A DNA stretch of 20,000 bases from an uncultured Clostridia bacterium. GTDB lineage: Bacteria; CAYTYR01; UBA6262. Under the pieces are notes generated by a model. That model ran no database searches. It was not told the origin of the DNA and saw nothing but the letters and a program-made list of their open reading frames with translations. Both the position numbers and the translations under genes were made by a program. The stretch is taken from positions 239,931-259,930 of the forward strand of contig CAYTYR010000001.1 in the NCBI GenBank assembly GCA_964441745.1, given 5' to 3'. Shown here piece after piece: positions 1-10,265 of the stretch. Numbering within the stretch: the stretch's first letter is position 1; each line of letters starts with the position of its first letter.

Positions 1-1480
1 TGATTTTAGCCAATATAATTTCCCGAAGATCAAAGTCACGCCAAAACGGCTTGATGTCCGTTTAACTCAAGAGTTGGGAAGAATAGACAAAACCTTGGAA
101 CATCTCTCAGAAGAGATCAAGAGCCTTAGCCAGAATCTTCCGAAACTTGTCAGCTTAATAGATTATTATCAAAATATCCGGGAAAATAAAATAGTACAGC
201 GCTGGTTCCTGGAGAGCGATAAGACTTTCGTTATTACCGGCTGGCTGCCAGCAAAACAAGAACCTGCTTTTCGTAAAGCCCTCTCCCAGCATTTCCAGGA
301 AGTAGAGCTTATAACTACTATGCCGTGCGCTGACGATCTTCCGCCGGTAGAAATAGAAAACAAAAAATTAATCAAACCTTTTGAGGTGATTACAGAGCTC
401 TATGGCTATCCAATATATACAGGAATAGACCCCACAATTTATTTAGCGCCGTTTTTTGCCTTATTTTTCGGGATTTGCCTGGGTGATGCAGGGTATGGCG
501 TAGTCGTTGCGGTTATTGCTGCTGTCCTGTTATGGAAAATGAGAGCACGCTTAAATCCCGGCTCCTGGCGTTTTTTGACCTTATTCCTGGTGGGCGGAAT
601 TAGTACTATTATTGCCGGTATGGCTATGGGTAGTTGGTTTGGTATATCGGTTAAATACAAGTTATTTGATCCTCTTTCCCAACTGATGCTGTTTCTGGGG
701 ATTGCCCTGGGCTTAGGAGTAATTCATATCTTTACCGGCTTGCTTATAAAAATGAAAGAAAACATTGGTGATAATGGATTTTGGGCTGGACTATGGGATC
801 AAGGGACCTGGATCTTATTAATAATATCTCTAATTGTATATGGTATATTACAAAGCATGGGTTTTTGGCCTGGGATAGCCGCGGCAAGTGCTTTTAGCGC
901 GATCTTCTCCGCTGGCCTGATCGTGCTTTTTCAAGCCCGCAATCAGGATAAAAATGCTACTGATAAGTTAGATAGCTATCAATTATTATATCTTTTACTG
1001 GATCTCGGTATCACGGCCTGGATCTTAAAAATACTTGCGCCGCTGGGGATGATCACTACGGTCGTATTTGGCAGTGCTATTATTTACCGCTGCCGGCATA
1101 ATATAAAGGGATTTTTTGCCAGGCTGGGATTGGGTTTGTACGCATTATATGGGTTTACCAGCTATTTTGGCGATATTTTGTCCTATTCCCGCTTAATGGC
1201 CTTAGGCCTGGTTGGTGGTATCATTGCCATGGTTATTAATATCATTGCCGGTATTGCCAAAGAACTGATCCCCGGAGTTGGTCTGTTAGTGGCTATTCTA
1301 ATTCTCTTAGCCGGGCATGCTTTTAATTTAGTAATGAGCATGCTTAGCGCTTTTGTGCATACAGCTAGATTACAATATCTGGAATTTTTTAATAAATTTT
1401 ATGTCAGCGGTGGGAAAAAGTTTAAACCTTTTAACTGGACCTACAAAAATGTGATCCTGACCGATAACATAAAAAAATAG
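1..1480 (+). CDS. ntpI: V/A-type ATPase subunit I (a), 5' end outside the window
   Basis: Frame is open from position 2. Motifs PFEVITELYGYP, FFGICLGDAGYG, GDILSYSRLMAL and FVHTARLQYLEFFNKFY. First gene of an I-K-E-C-F-A-B-D operon. Confidence 0.95.
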   Translation, partial: DFSQYNFPKIKVTPKRLDVRLTQELGRIDKTLEHLSEEIKSLSQNLPKLVSLIDYYQNIRENKIVQRWFLESDKTFVITGWLPAKQEPAFRKALSQHFQEVELITTMPCADDLPPVEIENKKLIKPFEVITELYGYPIYTGIDPTIYLAPFFALFFGICLGDAGYGVVVAVIAAVLLWKMRARLNPGSWRFLTLFLVGGISTIIAGMAMGSWFGISVKYKLFDPLSQLMLFLGIALGLGVIHIFTGLLIKMKENIGDNGFWAGLWDQGTWILLIISLIVYGILQSMGFWPGIAAASAFSAIFSAGLIVLFQARNQDKNATDKLDSYQLLYLLLDLGITAWILKILAPLGMITTVVFGSAIIYRCRHNIKGFFARLGLGLYALYGFTSYFGDILSYSRLMALGLVGGIIAMVINIIAGIAKELIPGVGLLVAILILLAGHAFNLVMSMLSAFVHTARLQYLEFFNKFYVSGGKKFKPFNWTYKNVILTDNIKK

Positions 1481-1533
1481 TTTAGAATTTAGATATTAGA
1501 ATTTAGAATTTGTATCAAAAGAGGAGGATAACA

Positions 1534-2019
1534 ATGGAATTAGGTTTTATGTTAGCTATTTTGGGAGCAGTAACAGTTGCCGGCCTGGGAGGGATTGGGT
1601 CAGCTACTGGAGTCGCGATTGCTGGCGCCGCGGCCAGTGGAATATTAAGTGAAGAACCAGAAAAATTCGGTAACACGATTGTTCTAGTCGCTTTACCAGG
1701 AACACAAGGTTTTTATGGATTTGCGATCGGGGTCATAATGCTATATTATATGGGACTTTTTGCGGCAACACCCAAAAGTATCAGTGTTGCCCAAGGGCTG
1801 GCCTTTCTGGCAACAGGCTTTTTCTGCGGCTTGGTGCAGTGGTGGTCAGCAGTATATCAGGGTAAAGTTTGCGCGTCAGCCGCCAGTATTGTGGCTAAGA
1901 ATCCGGAACACTCTATGAAAGGCGTGGTTTACGCAGTTATGGTAGAGACATATGCTGTCTTGGCATTCCTGACCGCACTGATCGTCATATTAAAAGGAAT
2001 AGTCCCGGGATTGCAGTAA
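1534..2019 (+). CDS. ntpK: V/A-type ATPase subunit K (c), 4-TM proteolipid with Na+-type signature
   Basis: SD GAGGAGG at 1521-1527 favours ATG 1534 over TTG 1510. Four hydrophobic helices with LPGTQGFYG, YQGKV and VETYA motifs. Confidence 0.95.
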   Translation: MELGFMLAILGAVTVAGLGGIGSATGVAIAGAAASGILSEEPEKFGNTIVLVALPGTQGFYGFAIGVIMLYYMGLFAATPKSISVAQGLAFLATGFFCGLVQWWSAVYQGKVCASAASIVAKNPEHSMKGVVYAVMVETYAVLAFLTALIVILKGIVPGLQ

Positions 2020-2043
2020 ATTTAGCGATTTTTGGAGATAAGA

Positions 2044-2646
2044 ATGTCATTGGAAAAAATTATTGAAAGAATTACCCAGGAGTCGCTGGCCCAAGCCAAC
2101 GAAATAATAGGACAAGCCAGGCATCAAGCTTCGGTGATCCTGTCTCAGGCCAGGGCCGAAGCCGCGAGCCAGGCAAAAAGCAGAGTAGAGCAAGCCCAGC
2201 GTGAAGCAGATAACCTGGCCCAGCGGGAAAAAGCTATCGCCCAATTGGAATTACGTAAAAATATGCTGGCCGCTAAACAGGAATTAATTAGTGCCATCTA
2301 TAAAAACGTAGCAGAAAAAATAGCAACGATGCCGGATAAAGAATATGTCTTGTTTATCAAAAATCAAGTACTGAACGCAGTGGAAACAGGTAAAGAACAA
2401 ATTATCTTTTCCCCAACAGAGGCCAGCCGGGTAGGAAATAAATTTATCTCCGAAATAAACCAGGAATTAAAAAAAGCAGGACGGGCAGGGGAATTAACCG
2501 TGGGGCCGCCAAGTAACCAGATGACCCGGGGGTTTTTATTACTACAGGGGCCAATAGCACTGAACTATTCCCTGGATTCTATCCTGGTCCGGCTGCGTGA
2601 AGAAACCGAGTTAAAAGTGGCCGAGATCCTTTTTAAGGAGAAATAA
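2044..2646 (+). CDS. ntpE: V/A-type ATPase subunit E
   Basis: GGAG SD before ATG 2044. N-terminal MSLEKIIERI, Ala/Glu/Gln coiled coil, C-terminal GFLL...NYSLDSIL; operon position. Confidence 0.9.
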   Translation: MSLEKIIERITQESLAQANEIIGQARHQASVILSQARAEAASQAKSRVEQAQREADNLAQREKAIAQLELRKNMLAAKQELISAIYKNVAEKIATMPDKEYVLFIKNQVLNAVETGKEQIIFSPTEASRVGNKFISEINQELKKAGRAGELTVGPPSNQMTRGFLLLQGPIALNYSLDSILVRLREETELKVAEILFKEK

Positions 2647-3588
2647 ATGAGCACAGCGTATGTACAGGCTGTGGCTAAAATCAGGGCACTCGAGTCTAAG
2701 CTGTTAAATAGCCAGACTTTAGAGCAGTTGGCTAATACAGCTAATTTTGGCGATGCTCTCAATGAAGTCAAACCACGGCTCTATGGCGTTGCCACGGAGC
2801 GGATACAAAACCTGCCGGAGGCATTGGATAGTATTAACCAGGAAGAAAAATACCTGTTTGCCTGTACGGCACAACTGGTAAATGATCCTGTTCTGGCTGA
2901 GCTCATGGCTGGGTATAACCGTCTAACAGGCATAAAAGAAATAATTAAAAATACCCTCAGCTCCCGGGAACAAGTACCGTCTGTAATAAAAACCTGGCCA
3001 GAATATATCAAAGAAGCCTGGATCATGGCGCAAAAACAATATAGCGAGGCGGCTGATCTAAAAATCGTTGATTTTATCATTGACACTTACTACTGGCAAG
3101 CGCTGCAAGAAGCCTTCGGACAGCGCCGCTCTTTCTGGCTAAAAGATCTCTGCCGGTTGTCCGTAGATTTTTATAATCTCAAAGCCTGGCTCCGGTTTAA
3201 AATAAATGCCATTGCGCCTAAAAATATTACGGTTTTATTTTTAAGAGGCGGTGAAATTGACCGCACCATATTCCTAAAATCGATGGAGATGGCTGCGGAT
3301 GATTTTATTCAGGTACTAAAGTATAAGCCATACGCGCCTGAATTAACAGCAGTCTGGCAGCAAGTTAAACAAAATGGAGAGTGGCAGCCGCTAGATCTTT
3401 TTTTTACTAATTACCTGATCAAGTACCTGCGCGCAACAAAGCTGGTCTATGACGGGCCTGAACCAGTATTGGCTTATCTGCTCGTCAGGCTGGCGGAATT
3501 GAATAATATTAAGGTGATCCTGAGCGGGAAATTCTATAATCTGCCTAAAGAACTTATTACCCGTCGGTTGAGTAAAACCTATGTCTAA
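2647..3588 (+). CDS. ntpC: V/A-type ATPase subunit C (d)
   Basis: AVAKIRALESKLL N-terminus, GPEPVLAYL...ELNNIKVILSGK C-terminus; abuts the subunit E stop codon. Confidence 0.9.
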   Translation: MSTAYVQAVAKIRALESKLLNSQTLEQLANTANFGDALNEVKPRLYGVATERIQNLPEALDSINQEEKYLFACTAQLVNDPVLAELMAGYNRLTGIKEIIKNTLSSREQVPSVIKTWPEYIKEAWIMAQKQYSEAADLKIVDFIIDTYYWQALQEAFGQRRSFWLKDLCRLSVDFYNLKAWLRFKINAIAPKNITVLFLRGGEIDRTIFLKSMEMAADDFIQVLKYKPYAPELTAVWQQVKQNGEWQPLDLFFTNYLIKYLRATKLVYDGPEPVLAYLLVRLAELNNIKVILSGKFYNLPKELITRRLSKTYV

Positions 3589-3898
3589 AACAGGAAAAAT
3601 TTGCTTTATTGGTGAAAAAGCGGTGGTCAGTCCATTTCGGGTTTGCGGCGCAGATGTATATTATTTTAGCCCGGACACATGGCCTGATACTACTAAAAAA
3701 ATAGCGGAGCAAGACTATCAAATTATTTTCATTACGGAAGAAGTTGCTCCTTACATGATTAAGGCGCCTGAGACCAATATTGTTGTTTTGCCTAATACCG
3801 AAAGTATGTTTTTTAAAACAGGCAAAGCCAGCCAGGGTGCGGAAGAATTACGGCAGATTATTATTAAGGCGGTCGGGACGGATATACTGGTAGAATAA
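3581..3898 (+). CDS. ntpF: V/A-type ATPase subunit F
   Basis: 105 aa, KICFIGE..., IIFITEE, IIKAVGTDI; overlaps the subunit C stop. Gene nomenclature for this subunit varies (ntpG in Enterococcus). Confidence 0.85.
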   Translation: MSKTGKICFIGEKAVVSPFRVCGADVYYFSPDTWPDTTKKIAEQDYQIIFITEEVAPYMIKAPETNIVVLPNTESMFFKTGKASQGAEELRQIIIKAVGTDILVE

Positions 3899-4049
3899 AA
3901 AGGTTGTTGGTTTTAGAAGTAGGTATGGAAGTAAGTCTTAGGTTTGAGGCTTAGAGACTAACTTCCATAGACTTCAGACCAAACTTACTTCCAAAACATA
4001 CACCTAATAACTTTTCTCTAATTGACAAGAGTATTTAGATGGAGGAATC

Positions 4050-5795
4050 ATGAGTGGCGGGAAGATTGTAAAAGTTTCCGGGCCGCTGGTAATTGCCAGC
4101 GATTTAAATGAGGTTAAAATGTATGATGTCGTCAAGGTTGGGCTGCCCCAATTGATCGGTGAAGTTATCGGCCTTGATGGCAACACTGCTTTTATCCAGG
4201 TATACGAAGAAACCTCCGGGATCGGGCCTGATGAACCGGTAATCAGTACCGGGGCGCCGCTTAGTGTAGAATTAGGACCTGGCTTGATCGGCGGTATCTA
4301 CGATGGTATTCAGCGTCCCTTGACCGTGATCCAGCAAATGAGCGGAAGCTGGATCGCCCGGGGTATTGATATCCCCAAGCTGGACCGGAAAAAGAAATGG
4401 CCTTTCCAGGCTAAAGTAAACAAAGGGGACCAGTTAATTACCGGAGATATCATCGGGACAGTCCAGGAAACAGAACTGGTAGAACAGAAGATCATGGTGC
4501 CTCCAGGTTTGGCCGGAGAAGTGACCATGATCAAATCAGGCGATTTTACTGTGGAAGAAGTGGTGTGTCAATTAAAACAGGATGGACAAAGTATAGATAT
4601 AAAAATGGCTCAACACTGGCCGGTTCGCGCGATGCGCCCGATCAAGGAAAAACTGCCTCCAATCGAGCCTCTAGTAACTGGGCAGAGAGTTATTGATACA
4701 TTTTTCCCGGTAGCTAAAGGCGGCACAGCTTGCATTCCTGGCCCCTTCGGATCCGGTAAGACCGTCGTCCAGCACCAATTGGCCAAATGGGCTGATGCGC
4801 AGATAATTGTTTATGTAGGATGTGGGGAACGCGGCAACGAAATGACCGATGTTTTGCAGGAGTTCCCTAAACTGAAAGATCCACGCAGTGGAGAACCACT
4901 GATCAAAAGAACGGTCTTGATCGCCAATACCAGCAATATGCCAGTTTCCGCGCGTGAAGCCTCGGTTTATACCGGGATAACGATCGCAGAATATTTCCGG
5001 GATATGGGCTATACTGTTGCTTTAATGGCTGATTCTACCAGCCGTTGGGCAGAAGCGCTCAGGGAAATGTCTGGCCGCCTGGAAGAAATGCCCGGCGAAG
5101 AGGGATATCCGGCCTATTTATCGATGAGGCTGGCTGAATTTTATGAACGGGCGGGCAGGGTAAATTGCGCCGGCAGCGAAGAACGCGAAGGAAGCTTATC
5201 CGTGATCGGAGCAGTCAGCCCCCCTGGCGGCGATCTTTCTGACCCAGTGGTCCAAAGCACTCTGCGGGTAGTTAAAGTATTCTGGAGCCTGGAAGATAAG
5301 TTGGCTTACAAACGGCATTTCCCGGCTATTAACTGGCTGAATAGCTATTCTTTATATTTAGATAATATTAGCGCATATCTGGGGAAAAAGATCGGCCCTG
5401 ATTTCCTGGTTTTACGGCGGGAAGCGATCAAACTTTTGCAAGATGAAGCTTCTTTAGAGGAAATTGTGCGTCTAGTCGGTGTGGAATCATTGTCTCCTAA
5501 TGACCGGCTGACTTTGGCTACAGCTAAAAGTATCCGGGAGGATTTCCTGCACCAGATGGCTTTTGACCCGGAAGACACCTATACTTCCTTGCAAAAACAG
5601 CGCCTGTTACTGAAATTAATCATGCATTTCCATTATCTGGCCAAAGAAGGCATTGGCCGTAAACTTAATCTTGATGATATATTGAAAGATAAAGTTAAGG
5701 AAAAAATTGCTAAGGCTAAATATATCCCTGAGAATAATCTAAATGTTTTTGATGAAATATCCAAAGAAATCGATAATGTTTTTAAAGCGGTGTAA
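4050..5795 (+). CDS. ntpA: V/A-type ATPase catalytic subunit A
   Basis: Walker [38 protein letters not shown]. Confidence 0.98.
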   Translation: MSGGKIVKVSGPLVIASDLNEVKMYDVVKVGLPQLIGEVIGLDGNTAFIQVYEETSGIGPDEPVISTGAPLSVELGPGLIGGIYDGIQRPLTVIQQMSGSWIARGIDIPKLDRKKKWPFQAKVNKGDQLITGDIIGTVQETELVEQKIMVPPGLAGEVTMIKSGDFTVEEVVCQLKQDGQSIDIKMAQHWPVRAMRPIKEKLPPIEPLVTGQRVIDTFFPVAKGGTACIPGPFGSGKTVVQHQLAKWADAQIIVYVGCGERGNEMTDVLQEFPKLKDPRSGEPLIKRTVLIANTSNMPVSAREASVYTGITIAEYFRDMGYTVALMADSTSRWAEALREMSGRLEEMPGEEGYPAYLSMRLAEFYERAGRVNCAGSEEREGSLSVIGAVSPPGGDLSDPVVQSTLRVVKVFWSLEDKLAYKRHFPAINWLNSYSLYLDNISAYLGKKIGPDFLVLRREAIKLLQDEASLEEIVRLVGVESLSPNDRLTLATAKSIREDFLHQMAFDPEDTYTSLQKQRLLLKLIMHFHYLAKEGIGRKLNLDDILKDKVKEKIAKAKYIPENNLNVFDEISKEIDNVFKAV

Positions 5796-5863
5796 TTTTT
5801 TAAACAGTCATACCTACTTCTACAACTTTTAACTTACTGCTATCTTTACAAGGAGAAAAAGGC

Positions 5864-7261
5864 ATGTCCAAGGCTAAAGAATATTCAACAGTCACCAGTA
5901 TTACCGGCCCTTTGCTGATGGTCGAGCATACGGCCGGGATAAAGTATAGCGAAATAGCAGAAATAGTCCTGAAAAACGGGGAAGTGCGTCATGGCCGGGT
6001 GCTCGAAATAAATAAGGATAAAGCCCTGGTCCAACTATTTGAAGGTTCGATGGGTTTAAATTTAGCCGACAGCCGGGTTCGTTTTTTAGGCAAAAGCTTG
6101 GAATTGGGAGTCAGCCTGGATATGCTGGGACGGATCTTTAACGGGCTAGGCCAGCCGATCGATAAAGGGCCGAACATTATTCCTGAAATAAAACTGGATA
6201 TTAATGGACAGCCGATCAATCCTTGTGCCCGGGATTATCCAAATGAATTTATCCAGACCGGGATTAGCGCTATTGATGGAATGACTACCCTGGTCCGCGG
6301 TCAGAAACTGCCGATTTTTTCCGCCTCAGGATTGCCGCATAACGAATTAGCGGCACAAATAGCCCGGCAAGCTAAAGTATTAGGCCAGGATGAACAATTT
6401 GCCGTAGTTTTTGGCGCGATGGGCATCACTTTTGAAGAAGCGGATTACTTTATTACTGATTTTAAAAAAACCGGCGCTATTGAACGGGCTGTTTTGTTTA
6501 TGAACCTGGCTGATGATCCGGCGATTGAACGTATTGCCACTCCACGGATGGCGCTGACCTGCGCTGAATACCTGGCTTTTGAAAAAGGCATGCATGTGCT
6601 GGTCATTCTTACCGACATGACTAATTTCTGCGAAGCCTTGCGCCAGATCTCCGCGGCCAGAAAGGAGATCCCCGGCCGCCGTGGTTATCCCGGGTATATG
6701 TATACCGAATTAGCTACTATTTATGAACGGGCCGGCAGGATCATCGGACAGAAAGGATCTATCACCCAGTTCCCGATCCTGACTATGCCGGATGATGATA
6801 AAACCCACCCGATCCCTGACCTAACCGGCTATATTACTGAAGGCCAGGTAATCTTAAGCCGTGAATTACACCGCCGCGGCGTTTACCCGCCAATTGATAT
6901 TCTGCCTTCATTATCACGTCTAAAAGAAAAGGGTATCGGTGAAAACAAAACGAGGGGTGATCATGGCAGTGTTACCAGCCAGATCTTCAGCTCTTATGCC
7001 CGCGGCAAGGAAGTAAAAGAGTTAGCAATAATTTTAGGGGAAGCGGCCTTGTCCGAAACAGATAAGCTCTATGCCAAATTTAGCGATGAATTAGAAGGCT
7101 CCTTTATCAGTCAGAAAGAAAATGATGAACGCAGTATTACGGAGACTCTGGATCTGTGCTGGAAACTTTTACTGCAATTCCCGCGTAATGAATTGAAGCG
7201 GATCAAAGATGCGGATATAGAAAAGTATTTTCTGAAAGGCCAGCAATCCGAGGATAAATAA
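5864..7261 (+). CDS. ntpB: V/A-type ATPase subunit B
   Basis: [42 protein letters not shown]. Confidence 0.98.
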   Translation: MSKAKEYSTVTSITGPLLMVEHTAGIKYSEIAEIVLKNGEVRHGRVLEINKDKALVQLFEGSMGLNLADSRVRFLGKSLELGVSLDMLGRIFNGLGQPIDKGPNIIPEIKLDINGQPINPCARDYPNEFIQTGISAIDGMTTLVRGQKLPIFSASGLPHNELAAQIARQAKVLGQDEQFAVVFGAMGITFEEADYFITDFKKTGAIERAVLFMNLADDPAIERIATPRMALTCAEYLAFEKGMHVLVILTDMTNFCEALRQISAARKEIPGRRGYPGYMYTELATIYERAGRIIGQKGSITQFPILTMPDDDKTHPIPDLTGYITEGQVILSRELHRRGVYPPIDILPSLSRLKEKGIGENKTRGDHGSVTSQIFSSYARGKEVKELAIILGEAALSETDKLYAKFSDELEGSFISQKENDERSITETLDLCWKLLLQFPRNELKRIKDADIEKYFLKGQQSEDK

Positions 7262-7890
7262 TGCGGCTTAATGTCAATCCTACCAGGATGGAACTAATTA
7301 AATTACGCCAGCGGACAGCTATTGCCCGGCGTGGGCATAAGTTATTGAAAGATAAACAAGATGAGCTGATGCGCACTTTTATGGAATTAATTACCAAGCT
7401 TAAAAATAGCCGGCAGGAGGCGGAAAAGGCACTGCAAGAAGCAACCGCCAGCTATATCCTGAATAAAGCGCAAATCGGCGAAAAAACGATTGACCAGCTC
7501 TGGCAGGGGTTAAAAGCAGAGGTAGAAGTGACCTGGAGCTGGGAACCGCTAATGAACTTGAAATTACCGCGTTATCAGGTAGTTGCTAAGGCCCAGGATA
7601 TCAGCTCTGGTTACCTGCAGCCAACCTTTGCCCTGGACCAGATGACTGAACAATATAAAAAACTTCTGGCGCAACTGGCAGCCTTGGCTGAGCAGGAAAA
7701 AGTTATTAAATTGCTAGCTGAAGAAATAGGGAAAACCCGCCGCCGGGTCAATGCCCTGGAATATATTTTGATCCCGAATCTGATAGAAACCATGCGCTAC
7801 ATTAACATGAAGCTCATTGAAAACGAGCGCGGGACAATTACGAGATTGATGAAAATCAAGGATCTAGTTCATAAAAAAGCAGCTACTTAA
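7261..7890 (+). CDS. ntpD: V/A-type ATPase subunit D
   Basis: PTRMEL...RGHKLLKDKQDEL, KTRRRVNALEY; TAATG overlap with subunit B. Confidence 0.97.
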   Translation: MRLNVNPTRMELIKLRQRTAIARRGHKLLKDKQDELMRTFMELITKLKNSRQEAEKALQEATASYILNKAQIGEKTIDQLWQGLKAEVEVTWSWEPLMNLKLPRYQVVAKAQDISSGYLQPTFALDQMTEQYKKLLAQLAALAEQEKVIKLLAEEIGKTRRRVNALEYILIPNLIETMRYINMKLIENERGTITRLMKIKDLVHKKAAT

Positions 7891-7940
7891 ATAATCGTCG
7901 GAATCCGGAATATTTAGAGAGACAGAGAGACAGAATTAAG

Positions 7941-7969
7941 TTGACACAGCGCTAAAACAGGGGTATTTT
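7941..7969 (+). promoter_or_regulatory. Putative sigma70 promoter for the HD-GYP gene
   Basis: TTGACA (7941-7946), 17-bp spacer, TATTTT (7964-7969). Confidence 0.5.
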
Positions 7970-8069
7970 TATATTGGGGTATAGTTGAAAAACAGATAAG
8001 GGAGGCAGGCATAATATAGAACCGTTTTTATTAGTAGGTGAGCCCGGATTAATAGGAAGGGTCTATTTT

Positions 8070-9260
8070 ATGTCTTCTTTATTTTATAACTTAATCATTG
8101 TTTTTGGCGCTATTGCCGCTTCCTATATAATCCTGCGGCATTTGTGGAAAAAGGAATCTACCGAAGAAAACGAAAACATTCTTTCTCAACTGGATGAAGC
8201 CAGGAAAAAGATCCAGACCTATTCTTCAGAATTAAATGATCTTTTAGGATTGATGAGTTCTTTTCACCGCGTGAATTCCGCGCCAACCACCTTGAATATG
8301 GATGAAGTAGCCTGGTTGGCCTTGGATAATGCCCTGAAAATATTAGGGGCAATAAAAGGTTCTTTGTTTGTAATAAATAAGCGGACCAATCAGCTGGAAC
8401 TTAAGGCAGCGATTGGTTATGACCTGAACAATTTACCAGGGGCGAATTTATCTGTCGAGCAAGTTGAAAATGGGGCACACCCGAAAGAATCCTTTCCTTC
8501 CACCCCCTCTAAAAAGGGTTCTTTTATTAGCGTGCCGCTAAAGGTCCAGAACCGTATTATCGGCATTATTAATGTTAATGAAAAGATCGACGACAGGCAG
8601 TTCGCCCCTGAAGATTTACGCGTCTTAACCGCTCTCGCCGACCAAACCGCCATTATTTTAGAAAATCTGACTTTATATAAGGATTTACAGCAAGTATATT
8701 TAGGCGTGATCAAAACGCTTTCTTTGGTTGTGGACGCCAAAGACCATTATACATTCGGGCATTCAGAACGGGTGACCAAATATGTAGTGGAAATGGCCAT
8801 AGAAATGAAATTGAGCCCGGAGCTGAAGAAATTAGCTGAAGCAGCCGCGATCATCCATGATATCGGCAAGATTGGCATTAAAGAAGAGATCTTGCTTAAA
8901 ACCGGCCGCCTGACAGACAGCGAATTTGAAGAAATAAAGAAACATCCAGTCATCGGACGGGATATGGTCAGGCCAATGGAGTTCCTGAGCGAATTGGCGC
9001 CATTAATATATTATCACCACCAGCATTTTGATGGCGGTGGATATCCGGATAAGGCTAAAGGGGACCAAATACCACTGGTCGCCAGGATGATCACGATAGC
9101 GGATTCTTTTGACGCGATGATCAGTGACCGGCCGTACCGGAGCGGATTACCCGTAGAAACCGCTATTAAAGAGCTCAAGCGGTGTTCCAGCACACAATTT
9201 GATCCTGACCTGGTAACTGTATTCCTGAAAGTCTTAAGACGTAATTTAAAGATAGCGTAG
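8070..9260 (+). CDS. Membrane-anchored GAF + HD-GYP cyclic di-nucleotide phosphodiesterase
   Basis: N-terminal TM helix, GAF-like SVPLKVQNRIIGIINV, DAKDHYTFGHSERV, HDIGK, HHQHFDGGGYP, ADSFDAM, QFDP. Confidence 0.92.
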   Translation: MSSLFYNLIIVFGAIAASYIILRHLWKKESTEENENILSQLDEARKKIQTYSSELNDLLGLMSSFHRVNSAPTTLNMDEVAWLALDNALKILGAIKGSLFVINKRTNQLELKAAIGYDLNNLPGANLSVEQVENGAHPKESFPSTPSKKGSFISVPLKVQNRIIGIINVNEKIDDRQFAPEDLRVLTALADQTAIILENLTLYKDLQQVYLGVIKTLSLVVDAKDHYTFGHSERVTKYVVEMAIEMKLSPELKKLAEAAAIIHDIGKIGIKEEILLKTGRLTDSEFEEIKKHPVIGRDMVRPMEFLSELAPLIYYHHQHFDGGGYPDKAKGDQIPLVARMITIADSFDAMISDRPYRSGLPVETAIKELKRCSSTQFDPDLVTVFLKVLRRNLKIA

Positions 9261-9268
9261 AGGAAAAG

Positions 9269-9415
9269 ATGTCTTGCCCTTTCTTGAAAAAAATGGAAAC
9301 AGATCTCTGTATTGCCTATCCAAACCGCCCCATCGTAGTTAATGACGGGTGTAAATTAAGCTTTTGCGAAAGTAAGAATTATGTGCAGTGCCCCACTCTA
9401 AAAGAAAGAAAATAA
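9269..9415 (+). CDS. Small 48-aa Cys-rich protein (putative metal-binding), not in ORF track
   Basis: AGAGGA SD-like sequence upstream. MSCPFLKKMETDLCIAYPNRPIVVNDGCKLSFCESKNYVQCPTLKERK fills the gap between the HD-GYP stop (9260) and the rsmI ATG (9419). Confidence 0.7.
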   Translation: MSCPFLKKMETDLCIAYPNRPIVVNDGCKLSFCESKNYVQCPTLKERK

Positions 9416-9418
9416 AAG

Positions 9419-10093
9419 ATGAGCTTATATGTCGTTGCCACCCCCATCGGTAATTTGGGGGATATTACTTTCAGGGCGATAGAAACCCTGAAAAAAGTCA
9501 ACCTGATCGCGTGTGAAGATACACGGTATACCAGGAAATTGCTAAGCCATTATGATCTTCATACGCCGGTGACCAGCTACTATGAATATAATAAGATAAA
9601 AAAACTTGATTATTTACTTGAGCAATTGATCAGCGGCAAAGATATTGCCCTGGTTTCCGATAGCGGGACTCCCGGGATTTCTGATCCCGGATTCCTGATT
9701 ATCAGCGCAGCGATTAAAAACAAAATACCAGTAATCTCCATCCCCGGGCCGGCCGCGGTCATCAGCGCCTTAGTTACGGCCGGATTACCCACTGACAGTT
9801 TTGTCTTTGAAGGATTTTTGCCGCGTAAAAAAGGAAAGCTGAAAAAAGCCTTAACCGAATTAGCTGCTTTGGAAAGAACCATCGTTTTTTACGAATCTCC
9901 ATATCGTATTACAGCCACGCTTAAAATCATGCAAGAGGCCATCGGTAACCAATATGTAGTAATAGCCAGGGAGCTGACGAAACATTTTGAAGAAGTACTG
10001 CGCGGTGATTTAGCTGCTCTGATCCCCCGCCTGGAAGCACAGCCGCTTAAAGGAGAAGTGGTAGTTTTATTTAATCCTTCTTTTACTAATTGA
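9419..10093 (+). CDS. rsmI: 16S rRNA (cytidine1402-2'-O)-methyltransferase
   Basis: LYVVATPIGNLGDIT, ACEDTR, VSDSGTPGISDPG, FYESPYR, ARELTKHFEE. Confidence 0.97.
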   Translation: MSLYVVATPIGNLGDITFRAIETLKKVNLIACEDTRYTRKLLSHYDLHTPVTSYYEYNKIKKLDYLLEQLISGKDIALVSDSGTPGISDPGFLIISAAIKNKIPVISIPGPAAVISALVTAGLPTDSFVFEGFLPRKKGKLKKALTELAALERTIVFYESPYRITATLKIMQEAIGNQYVVIARELTKHFEEVLRGDLAALIPRLEAQPLKGEVVVLFNPSFTN

Positions 10094-10118
10094 ATCCTGC
10101 CAGCAAACCAGCTATAAT
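10090..10118 (+). promoter_or_regulatory. Putative sigma70 promoter in front of the tRNA-Arg 5' relic
   Basis: TTGAAT (10090-10095), 17-bp spacer, TATAAT (10113-10118); 25 nt upstream of GCGCCCTTAGCTCA. Confidence 0.65.
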
Positions 10119-10143
10119 AAATAAGATTATGTAGTGAAGTGAT

Positions 10144-10265
10144 GCGCCCTTAGCTCATCCGCCAGCGCTAAACATCTTGCCGCTAAACGCGGCTATTCAC
10201 CGCAGCGACAACATAGCTTCGGCGGACAAGGTTGTCTGCCTGCCGACAGGCAGGGAGCGAATGAC
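10144..10265 (+). pseudogene. tRNA-Arg 5' relic disrupted by palindromic inserts
   Basis: GCGCCCTTAGCTCA (10144-10157) equals nt 1-14 of the tRNA at 16668. After hairpin inserts, GAGCGAATGAC (10255-10265) matches GAGCGACTGAC at 10/11. Confidence 0.75.

Noticed and set aside
1510-1533. TTG start for subunit K (likewise TTG 2032 for subunit E)
   Set aside because: Downstream ATGs at 1534 and 2044 have properly spaced SD sequences.
169-9882. Short minus-strand ORFs in the track overlapping the ATPase, HD-GYP and rsmI genes
   Set aside because: Antisense shadows of well-supported genes, with no motifs.
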